Below the pieces are notes generated by a model. That model saw only the letters and a list, made by a program, of their open reading frames with translations. It had not been told where the DNA came from and did not search any database. This document shows, piece by piece, positions 36,484 through 44,514 of a stretch of DNA of 64,000 nucleotides; position 1 is the stretch's first letter; the number at the start of each line of letters is the position of its first letter. Source of the DNA: an uncultured Actinomycetota bacterium (lineage in GTDB: Bacteria > Actinomycetota > Actinomycetes > Mycobacteriales > CAVVZQ01); contig CAVVZQ010000002.1 in assembly GCA_963752715.1 (NCBI GenBank), forward strand, positions 139,542 through 203,541, in the 5' to 3' direction. Position numbers and translations under genes: made by a program.

Positions 36484-37155
36484 GTGATGTCCAGCTCGCC
36501 ATCCACGCCCCTGTCGAACGGCCAGACCGACCAGTCCGTCCAGACCGACCAGTCCAGCGAGACCGGCCAGTCCAGCGAAACCGGCCAGTCCGTTCACCCA
36601 GCCCGGTCTGACCCGGCAATACATCTTGTCCCCGAAGTCCAGCTTGTCCAGCCAGCCCGGCCTGTCCCCGCCGCCCAGTGCTCCGCGTCCGGGCCGTTCT
36701 CGGCGGTGGCCCCCTGCGGGCTCGTCCGCAGCCTGATGGTCACGGCCGTACCTGCCGCGCTGGCGGCCGTATCGGTGGCAGGGCTGCTCGGTGTACTCGG
36801 TGCCGACATCGCGCCGCGAACTGCGCTGTTCGCCTCTGCTCGGCCGGACCTCCTCGACCAGGTTCTGCAGGCGGTTCTGCTGGCGGTACCGGTACTCCTC
36901 CTCGCCCGCCCCGCCGCGCGGCTCCCCGTTCCGATGGTGGTCGTAGGTGCCGCGTACGGACTGGCGCTGTGGGCACTGGGGGCGGTCGCGGGTGTCCTCA
37001 TCGTGGACGGTTCGGCGCCCAGGGCCCTGGTTGCGCTCACCTATGGTGCCGTCCTGGGGTGGCTGGTCGGCCGGACCGTCGCTGACCGGACTCCGCGTGA
37101 CCGCCCAGACCGACCCAGGCGCCTTGCCGGCTCGGACGAGCGCGTGCTTTCGTGA
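36484..37155 (+). CDS. hypothetical membrane protein
   Basis: Four to five hydrophobic segments. The N-terminus is encoded by the 18-bp repeat (QTDQSV QTDQSS ETGQSS ETGQSV). Weak call. Confidence 0.35.
   Translation: MMSSSPSTPLSNGQTDQSVQTDQSSETGQSSETGQSVHPARSDPAIHLVPEVQLVQPARPVPAAQCSASGPFSAVAPCGLVRSLMVTAVPAALAAVSVAGLLGVLGADIAPRTALFASARPDLLDQVLQAVLLAVPVLLLARPAARLPVPMVVVGAAYGLALWALGAVAGVLIVDGSAPRALVALTYGAVLGWLVGRTVADRTPRDRPDRPRRLAGSDERVLS
36523..36594. repeat. 18-bp tandem repeat x4
   Basis: cagaccgaccagtccgtc / cagaccgaccagtccagc / gagaccggccagtccagc / gaaaccggccagtccgtt. Confidence 0.9.
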
Positions 37156-37257
37156 ACACATGAGCGAGCCCACCCTGCCCGATGACGACCGCTCCGCCGA
37201 CCCGGAGCCCGACCCGGAGCCCGACCATGGGCCCGACCAGGGCCCGACCAGGCGGAG

Positions 37258-37500
37258 ATGGCCGCCCGCCGCTGGCGAACCACGAAGGCGTGGTCCGATC
37301 TCAGCCCTGGCCAGAAGCGGGCCGTGGTCGTCGCCGGTCTCGCCCAGACCGCCCTTATGGCGGCGGCGCAGGTGGACCTCGTACGCAGGCCCGCAGAGCA
37401 GGTACGGGGTCCCAAGCCGGCATGGTTCCTGGCCAACTTCGTGAACTTCGTCGGTCCGGTCAGCTACTTCGCTGTCGGTCGCAAGCGAAGCTCCCACTAG
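37258..37500 (+). CDS. PLD-nuclease N-terminal (PLDc_N) domain small membrane protein
   Basis: WSDLSPGQKRAVVVAGLAQTALMAAAQVDLVRRPAEQVRGPKPAWFLANFVNFVGPVSYFAVGR fits my recollection of PLDc_N proteins. Confidence 0.5.
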   Translation: MAARRWRTTKAWSDLSPGQKRAVVVAGLAQTALMAAAQVDLVRRPAEQVRGPKPAWFLANFVNFVGPVSYFAVGRKRSSH

Positions 37501-37542
37501 GCACCCGAGGTCGCCCTGTCAGCCCAGCACCGCGGGGAGGCG

Positions 37543-38805
37543 GTGGAGCCCACCCGGGGTCGCGCGGTGCAGCGTCGTACCGTCGCCGTGCTGTCCGGCT
37601 CCCAGGTTCTCGGCGGCGTCGGCATGGCCGGAGGTGTCACCGCGGGAGGACTGCTGGTCGCCGAGGTGTCCGGCTCCGATGCCATGGCGGGGCTCTCGCA
37701 GACCGCGGTGGTCCTCGGCGGAGCCCTCGCAGCCATCCCGCTCGCGCGCTTGAGCCTGGCCCACGGACGGCGGCTCGGGCTGGCCGCCGGGTACGCGACC
37801 GGCGCAGCCGGTGCAGCACTCGTCGTGCTGTCCGCAGCAGCCGGGCTGGTGCTCCCACTCATTGCGGGTATGGCGCTGTTCGGCGCCGCGGTCGCGTCAG
37901 GCCTGCAGGCGCGCTACGCCGCCACCGACCTGGCCTCACCGAGGCACGTGAGCCGCGATCTGTCGATCGTGGTCTGGATGACAGCGGTGGGGGCGGTCCT
38001 GGGGCCCAACCTGGCCGGTCCGGCGGGAACTACCGCCGCCGCGGTGGGTCTCCCCGGGCTGACCGGGATGTTCCTCTGGTCGGGTGCCGCCTTCGTCATC
38101 GCCGCGGTCGGCCTGGTCCTGCTGCTGCGACCGGATCCGCTCCTCCTGGCCCGCGCCACGCGCTCGGCCAGTGCACCCGGGTCACAGCCCGAGCAGGCAC
38201 CTGGTCGGCCGGGCACACGGGAGGCGTGGGACGCAGTCATGCGTTCACCCCGGGCATCCCTCGCGCTTGCAGCACTGGCGACCGTGCATACGGCGATGGT
38301 GGCGCTGATGGTCATGACACCGCTGCACCTCGGAGAGCACGGAGCCAGCCTCACGATCGTCGGACTCGTGATCAGTGGCCACGTCGCCGGGATGTACGTC
38401 CTTTCACCACTGGTGGGCGCGCTCGCCGACAGGATCGGCCAGGTGCCCGTCATCGTCCTGGGCTGTGCGCTGATGGCTGCCTCGGCGGTGCTCGCAGCCG
38501 CCGTTCCGGCCACCTCGACACCCGGGGTGGGTGTCGCGCTGTTCCTGCTGGGGGTGGGATGGTCCTGCGGGGTGGTCGCTGGATCCGCACTGCTGACCGC
38601 TTCGGTACCGGAGTCCGCGCGACCGCCCGCTCAGGGGCTGTCGGACCTTGTGATGGGACTGTCGGCAGCCACGGCGGGGGCACTGGCAGGCGTGGTGTTC
38701 GGCGTGTGGTCCTACGCGGTGCTCGGTGCGCTGGTCGCGCTGCTGGTGGTCCCGGTCGCGGTCGGTTCGCGGCGCCACCTGGGAGTACGGGTACCCGCCC
38801 AGTAG
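37543..38805 (+). CDS. MFS transporter
   Basis: 420 aa, about 12 TM. Loop motif LARLSLAHGRR between TM2 and TM3. Confidence 0.8.
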   Translation: MEPTRGRAVQRRTVAVLSGSQVLGGVGMAGGVTAGGLLVAEVSGSDAMAGLSQTAVVLGGALAAIPLARLSLAHGRRLGLAAGYATGAAGAALVVLSAAAGLVLPLIAGMALFGAAVASGLQARYAATDLASPRHVSRDLSIVVWMTAVGAVLGPNLAGPAGTTAAAVGLPGLTGMFLWSGAAFVIAAVGLVLLLRPDPLLLARATRSASAPGSQPEQAPGRPGTREAWDAVMRSPRASLALAALATVHTAMVALMVMTPLHLGEHGASLTIVGLVISGHVAGMYVLSPLVGALADRIGQVPVIVLGCALMAASAVLAAAVPATSTPGVGVALFLLGVGWSCGVVAGSALLTASVPESARPPAQGLSDLVMGLSAATAGALAGVVFGVWSYAVLGALVALLVVPVAVGSRRHLGVRVPAQ

Positions 38806-38838
38806 TGTCGGTCCCGTCCGGGTGAGTCAGGAGCAGCC

Positions 38839-39519
38839 GTGCACGTCGTCGTCATGGGATGCGGACGGGTGGGTTCGCGGCTGGCGCGCACCCTGGACAC
38901 GCTGGGTCACTCGGTCGGCGTTATCGACCGGGACCAGGAATCCTTCCGCAGGCTGGGCACCGGCTTCGCGGGCTCCACGGTCGCCGGCGTGGGCTTCGAC
39001 CGCGACACCCTGCTCGAGGCGGGGATCGATCGCGCCGAAGCGTTCGCGGCCGTGTCCAGCGGCGACAACTCCAACGTCATCTCCGCGCGCGTGGCCAGGG
39101 AGACCTTCGGCGTCCCGCGGGTGGCGGCGCGAATCTACGACCCCGGCCGTGCCGAGGTCTATGAGCGACTGGGCATCCCCACCGTGGCCACCGTACGGTG
39201 GACAGTCGACCGCATGATGCGGGCACTGTTCCCCGAGCCCCGCACCCTGTGGAGCGATCCCAGCGGGACGGTCGAGATGCTGGAGGTCTCCCCGCACCCG
39301 GACTGGGCGGGGCACGAGGTCGCCCAGGTGGAAGCCAGCTCGGGGGCGCGCGTCAGCAGCCTGGTGAGGTTCGGCCGCGGTCTGCTGCCCACCGCCGACA
39401 CGGTGGTCCAGGAAGGCGACCGGATCTACCTGGTCGTGACCGACGACGTGCGGGACCGGGCTCTGGGGGTGCTCTCCGCTGCGCCGGACCGCGCCGCTGA
39501 GCATGGGAGCCGGACGTGA
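38839..39519 (+). CDS. trkA: TrkA family potassium-uptake protein (CeoB-like)
   Basis: HVVVMGCGRVGSRLARTLDTLGHSVGVIDRD Rossmann (TrkA-N) plus C-terminal TrkA-C. Confidence 0.85.
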   Translation: MHVVVMGCGRVGSRLARTLDTLGHSVGVIDRDQESFRRLGTGFAGSTVAGVGFDRDTLLEAGIDRAEAFAAVSSGDNSNVISARVARETFGVPRVAARIYDPGRAEVYERLGIPTVATVRWTVDRMMRALFPEPRTLWSDPSGTVEMLEVSPHPDWAGHEVAQVEASSGARVSSLVRFGRGLLPTADTVVQEGDRIYLVVTDDVRDRALGVLSAAPDRAAEHGSRT

Positions 39520-40202
39520 GGGTCGCGATAGCGGGGGCGGGCAACGTCGGGCGCAGCATCGCCAGGGAGCTGATCGACAAGGGCCATCAGGTGCTGCTGG
39601 TGGAGCGGGACGCCTCGCACATCAAGGTGGGCTCCGTGCCGCGTGCCGACTGGGTCCAGGCCGACGCCTGCGAGCTCGACACGCTGCGTGAGGCCCGCTT
39701 CGAGACCTGTGACGTCGTGATCGCGGCGACCGGAGACGACAAGGTCAACCTCGTCGTCTCGTTGCTGGCGAAGACCGAGTTCGCGGTGGACCGCGTCGTG
39801 GCCCGGGTGAACCACCCCAAGAACGAGTGGCTGTTCAACGACTCCTGGGGCGTCGACGTCGCCGTGTCCTCCCCCCGTCTGCTCGCGGCCCTGGTTGAGG
39901 AAGCGGTGTCGGTGGGTGACCTGGTCCGTCTGATGACGTTCCGCCAGGGCGAGGCAAACCTGGTCGAGATCACGCTGCCGGACGACGCATGGGTCATCGG
40001 GCATGCCGTACGTGAGGTGCTCTGGCCCAGGGACACCGCGCTGGTGGCGGTCCTACGCGAGGGCCACGTCATGCTGCCCTCCCCCACCCAGCAGTTCCAG
40101 GCCCACGACGAGCTGATGCTGCTGGCCACCGCCGAGCGGGAGGAGGAGATTCGCCTCGCCCTCACTCCCGCCGACCAACCCGCGACCGGGGGTGCGGCAT
40201 GA
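39516..40202 (+). CDS. trkA: TrkA family potassium-uptake protein (CeoC-like)
   Basis: MRVAIAGAGNVGRSIARELIDKGHQVLLVERD. 4-nt overlap with the upstream trkA. Confidence 0.85.
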   Translation: MRVAIAGAGNVGRSIARELIDKGHQVLLVERDASHIKVGSVPRADWVQADACELDTLREARFETCDVVIAATGDDKVNLVVSLLAKTEFAVDRVVARVNHPKNEWLFNDSWGVDVAVSSPRLLAALVEEAVSVGDLVRLMTFRQGEANLVEITLPDDAWVIGHAVREVLWPRDTALVAVLREGHVMLPSPTQQFQAHDELMLLATAEREEEIRLALTPADQPATGGAA

Positions 40203-41689
40203 GCGCCGGCCGCGACGCCCCGCACAGCACCCCCTCCGACGCCGCGTCGCTCGTCCTGGCGGGCATAGCCACCCAGGCCGAGCTCCTCCGCTCCCGCACG
40301 GTTGGCAGCCGAGAGCTCACGGCAGCGGTGCTGGACCGGATCGCCGCCCTCAACCCCACGATCCGTGCGTTCTCAACGGTGCTGGCGGAATCCGCGCTGG
40401 ATGAGGCCGCGGCCGCCGACGAACGACTGGCCAGGGGTAGCCGGGGGCGGCAGAGGCGGCAGAGGCACCACCCCGAGCCGTTGCTGGGCGTGCCGATCGC
40501 CGTCAAGGCGGAGAACGACGTCGCCGGGGTCCCCACCACGTTCGGCGGAGCCGCCACGCTGGTCCCGGCCGCGCGCGACTCCGAGGTGGTACGGCGTCTG
40601 CGGGCGGCGGGCGCGATCGTGGTGGGCATCACCGCGATGTCGGAGTTCGGCCTGTGGCCCTTCGCGGAGTCCGCCGCACACGGCTACGTGCGCAACCCCT
40701 GGGACCTGACCCGCAGCACCCTCGGCTCGAGCGGGGGCACCGCCGCGGCCGTCGCCTCCGGCATGGTCGGCGCGGGGATCGGCGGTGACGCGGGCGGCTC
40801 CATTCGGCTCCCGTCGGCCGCCTGCGGGCTCTTCGGGCTCAAGCCGCAGCGGGGCCGGGTGAGCACCGCACCGAACCCGGACCTGTGGCGCTCGCTCGGC
40901 ACACTGGGCCCGCTCACCCGTACCGTGGCGGACTCGGCGCTGTGCTACGACGTCATCAGTGGTGCCGCTGCGACGGACCGGTTTTCGGCAGTTCCGCCGT
41001 CGGAATCGTTCACCGCAGCGGCACAGCGCCATCCAGGCCGGCTCCGGGTCGCGGTGTCCGGGGTGTGCCCCGTTCCCGGAGTGGACCCCGACCCGGAGCA
41101 CCTCGCCGCCGTGGATGCCACCGCAACAGCCCTGGCTTCGCTGGGCCACCGGGTGGAGCTGGCGGACCCCCCGTACCCGCGCGGAAAGCGCATGATGCTG
41201 CCCCAGCAGGCCTTCATCCCCCAGATGCTGGCCGGCCTGCTGCAGGAGGTCGCTCTGGTGGACCACCCAGCACTGCTCGAGCGCCGGACGAAGGCCCTGT
41301 GGCGGACGGCCCGGGCGCTTCCTGCCTCGGCTGCGGAGGCAGCCGAGCACCGTGGGCGACAGTACGCAGAGCTGCTCAACGACCTCTTCGTCGATCACGA
41401 CCTGCTGCTCCAGCCGATGATGCCGCACCGCCCGCCCTCGCTCGGGGTCCTCGACGGGGTCGGCGCGGCCCGGGCGATGCAGGTGTCGGTACCGGTGGTG
41501 TCCTATGCGGGAGTCTGGAACATCGCGGGGAACCCGGCGGCGTCGGTACCCGTCGGCCTGGCAGCGGACGGCCTGCCGACCGCCGTACAGATCGTGGGTC
41601 GCCCGCACGACGAAGCCACCGTACTTTCAGTCGCGCGGCAGCTGGAGCAGGTCCAGCCGTGGGCCCAGCTGCGACCACCGGTCTCCTAG
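40199..41689 (+). CDS. amidase (amidase-signature family)
   Basis: GVPIAVKAENDVAGVPTTFGG and GSSGGTAAAVASGMVGAGIGGDAGGSIRLPSAACGLFGLKP. ATG overlaps the trkA stop (ATGA). Confidence 0.85.
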   Translation: MSAGRDAPHSTPSDAASLVLAGIATQAELLRSRTVGSRELTAAVLDRIAALNPTIRAFSTVLAESALDEAAAADERLARGSRGRQRRQRHHPEPLLGVPIAVKAENDVAGVPTTFGGAATLVPAARDSEVVRRLRAAGAIVVGITAMSEFGLWPFAESAAHGYVRNPWDLTRSTLGSSGGTAAAVASGMVGAGIGGDAGGSIRLPSAACGLFGLKPQRGRVSTAPNPDLWRSLGTLGPLTRTVADSALCYDVISGAAATDRFSAVPPSESFTAAAQRHPGRLRVAVSGVCPVPGVDPDPEHLAAVDATATALASLGHRVELADPPYPRGKRMMLPQQAFIPQMLAGLLQEVALVDHPALLERRTKALWRTARALPASAAEAAEHRGRQYAELLNDLFVDHDLLLQPMMPHRPPSLGVLDGVGAARAMQVSVPVVSYAGVWNIAGNPAASVPVGLAADGLPTAVQIVGRPHDEATVLSVARQLEQVQPWAQLRPPVS

Positions 41690-41788
41690 GCAGCGCTGGA
41701 GGTGCTCGCTGCCCTAGCCACGAGCGACCCTGGCCAGACCCTGCGGGCAGGAAGACCCTGGAAGAGCACACGGACGGGAGGGACTTCC

Positions 41789-42598
41789 GTGACCGACCCT
41801 CGCACGACTCGTCACGTGACCCGGGACCCGCCCGTTCGCCGTTTCACGGTGGATGTGGGTGCGGCCGCCGCTCGCCGTCATGTCATCCCCGCGTGGTTCG
41901 CGGCCGACATCACCGAGATTCGCCCGCTGCTCGACGCACCGGCCAACACCGGGTCGCTGACGACATACGTCGTGGCCACCCTTGCCCGAGCAGTGCGTCG
42001 GCATCCCCGGATGCACGCGATGCGCGATGTGCGTGGCCGCGTGGTCACCTTCGGGTCCGTGGACGTCAACGTCATGGTCGAGGTGGTGCAACACGGGCGG
42101 CCCTTCCCGATGAACCACGTGCTGCGCTCGGCCGACACGAGAGGGCTGCACGATCTCTACCACGAGCTGCACGCGGTCAAGGTCGAGCCGTCGCGGAGCG
42201 AGACCCTGCGACTGGCTACTGCGGCGCGCTGGTTCCTGCTGCTGCCGAGCCCGGTACGCAGCAGAGCCATCGGAGCGCTGCACCGCTTCCCTGATCGGCA
42301 GCGATCGATGATCGGCACCGTCGGGGTCACTTCGGTAGGCATGTTCGGACAGGGTGGCGGGTTGGGGCTGCCTTTCCTGGTGCACACGCTCGACGTCCTC
42401 GTGGGCGGTGTCGAGGAGCGTCCCGGGTTCAACCGGCGAGGGGAGGTGGTGCCGCGCCAGTTCCTTCAGATCGCGGTGGTCGCGGACCACGACGTCGTCG
42501 ACGGGGCCCCACTGGCGCGGTTCCTCTCCGACTTCCGGAGCGACCTGGAATCAGGGGCGGCCCTCCCCTCGCGTCCGGAGGGGGGTGCTGGAGCGTGA
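41789..42598 (+). CDS. 2-oxoacid dehydrogenase acyltransferase catalytic-domain protein (stand-alone, no lipoyl domain)
   Basis: C-terminal LQIAVVADHDVVDGAPLARF matches the E2 DHRxxDG catalytic motif. GTG 41789 follows GGGAGGGA. Confidence 0.65.
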   Translation: MTDPRTTRHVTRDPPVRRFTVDVGAAAARRHVIPAWFAADITEIRPLLDAPANTGSLTTYVVATLARAVRRHPRMHAMRDVRGRVVTFGSVDVNVMVEVVQHGRPFPMNHVLRSADTRGLHDLYHELHAVKVEPSRSETLRLATAARWFLLLPSPVRSRAIGALHRFPDRQRSMIGTVGVTSVGMFGQGGGLGLPFLVHTLDVLVGGVEERPGFNRRGEVVPRQFLQIAVVADHDVVDGAPLARFLSDFRSDLESGAALPSRPEGGAGA

Positions 42599-43683
42599 GC
42601 AGGTCGGGCCGTTCGCTGCATCTCGTGCTCCGTGCTGAGCCGCTGGAGGGGCGTCGGCTCGACGGCGACCGGTTCCAGCTCAAGGCCCACCGGTACCGTC
42701 GGGGCATGACGCGCTGCTCGGCAGCTGCACGACAGCTCCTCGACCAGCCGCTCGGAACCGCTCGCACCGGTCCTCACCTGTTCGTCTCCGTACCTCTGCC
42801 CTGGCCCGCGGAGATCACGCAGGCTCGGGGCTTCCCGGTCGGGCTACAGGCACCTGAGGGCACGCGCGTGCTCGGCTACGTTCCCGAAGGGGGCACTCCC
42901 GAGCACGACGCCACGCAGACCCGGATGATCGTCTACCAGCCCGGCACTCCCGAACGTCCCGGCTTCGTCCGTCGCGAGTGGGTCGTACCGGGTGGCGCCG
43001 CGGCGGCGCTCTTCCTCTCCACGGCAAGTGACCCAGGAGATCCTTCGGGACAGGCATCGTCCAGCACGATGTCTCGCACGGTGTCCAGCACGGTGTCCAG
43101 CACGGAAGCCCTCGGTAGCCCCTCACCCCGAGAGCTGTTCGTGTGCGGTCACGGCGCCCGGGACTCCTGCTGCGCCGCCACCGGAATTCCCGCCTACCGC
43201 CTCCTGCGTGAGATCGCACAGTCTTCAGCGCGTGCCGGTCGCGAGCCCCTCGTCGTTCGGCGGACCAGCCATACCGGCGGCCATCGGTTCGCCCCGACAC
43301 TGGTCGACTTCCCGAGCGGTCGGTACTGGGGCTGGCTGTCGGAGGATGACCTCCACGCCCTCGTCGCACGGGATCCGGCAGCCCTGCCCGAGATGCTGTC
43401 CCGCTACCGCGGCTCGGCGCTGCTGCCCCCTGCCGCACAGGTGCTCGAACGAGAGCTCTTCGCGCGGTACGGATGGGCGTGGGAAGCCGCCGTCATGCGG
43501 GCCGAGCTCGCGGCGCTGCCCAGCAACCGCACACAGGTCGCGCTCGACTACACGCTGCCTGGCACCGGGCCCCGTCGGGCTGCGGCAGTACTGGGCACTC
43601 ATGCCGGTCGGACGGTGCTCAGCTGCGGGAAGCCCGAGGAGGCGACCGACCAATGGCAGATTCTGGAGATGTCACTCAGCTGA
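42595..43683 (+). CDS. sucrase/ferredoxin-like (thioredoxin-like Fe-S) family protein
   Basis: LFVCGHGARDSCCAATG and SHTGGHRFAPT motifs. GTG 42595 overlaps the upstream stop (GTGA); alternative ATG 42706. In-frame TVSS-TVSS repeat at 43078-43106. Confidence 0.7.
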   Translation: MSRSGRSLHLVLRAEPLEGRRLDGDRFQLKAHRYRRGMTRCSAAARQLLDQPLGTARTGPHLFVSVPLPWPAEITQARGFPVGLQAPEGTRVLGYVPEGGTPEHDATQTRMIVYQPGTPERPGFVRREWVVPGGAAAALFLSTASDPGDPSGQASSSTMSRTVSSTVSSTEALGSPSPRELFVCGHGARDSCCAATGIPAYRLLREIAQSSARAGREPLVVRRTSHTGGHRFAPTLVDFPSGRYWGWLSEDDLHALVARDPAALPEMLSRYRGSALLPPAAQVLERELFARYGWAWEAAVMRAELAALPSNRTQVALDYTLPGTGPRRAAAVLGTHAGRTVLSCGKPEEATDQWQILEMSLS

Positions 43684-43870
43684 CTAGGTCCACGTGTAGG
43701 TGCCTGCTGACACGGGAGAATCAGCCGTGGTGGCCAGGTGGCCAGGTGGCGAGGTCGTGCGCCCGGATAGCTAGGTTTGCCGGCGCAGCCGCATCCACTT
43801 CGGCTGCATCGTCCTCATGGGCCAGTCCATGCCGCCGGTGTCGGCGTCGTCGACGCTGAGCAGGTCTCAG

Positions 43871-44161
43871 CTAGGGAAGGCCTTTTTGCAGGGCGTCAGG
43901 TGAGGTGCCCTCCACGAAGGTGGCCCCGTCGATCCCGCGGCGTCTCGCCGCGTCGATGGCCCGGGGCGCGTAGTCGATCCCGACGACCTCCCACCCCCGC
44001 AGCACCAGCTCCGGCACGTGCTGCCCGCGACCGCAGCCCACGTCGAGCGCCCGCCCCAGCGACCGCTCCCGTTCGGCCTCCTCAAGATCCAGACGTTGCG
44101 CGAGGCTCGCCGTCCGGGCCTCGCCTGGGTGCTCCCATGGTGTGTAGCCGACCCGGTCCAT
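43871..44161 (-). pseudogene. class I SAM-dependent methyltransferase, C-terminally truncated remnant
   Basis: MDRVGYTPWEH..., motif I ALDVGCGRGQH, GWEVVGIDYAPRAIDAARRR, ATFVEG. It stops after about 97 aa, where such enzymes normally run about 200 aa. Confidence 0.55.
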
Positions 44162-44514
44162 CACGGCGTACAAGCCCAATCCGCGCATACAAGCACGGCT
44201 CCAGTAACGGCACAAGAACACGCGGCGAACTGGGCATCGGCCCGGCTCCCCAGCGGACCCGCCGGTGCAGCGCGATGGTGGAGTAGACGTCGATCGTCAT
44301 CGGCACGCACGCCGCTCAAGGCGACGTCAGACGGGAATCCGGGCTCACCCAAACGAAATCTCAGGCGTCCAACGGCAGCCCTAGGGCGATTGACCTGGTT
44401 GGCCCCGAGAAATCTTGACAGTGTCCGAATTCGGAGGGATCGTCTGGTTTCGCTGTCATGACACGCAGCCCGGACACGTGGCTAGGCGGCGCGCAACTGG
44501 CAATGGAGGGTCCG

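Noticed and set aside
43800-43870. Short minus-strand ORF (..DDADTGGMDWPMRTMQPKWMRLRRQT) as a gene remnant next to the truncated methyltransferase
   Set aside because: The ATG-initiated reading is only 19 codons, with no recognisable homology or start context.
44380-44450. Promoter call for the secreted-protein gene (TTGACC 44390, TTGACA 44415)
   Set aside because: No convincing -10 hexamer lies at 16-18 bp spacing, so I left it uncalled.
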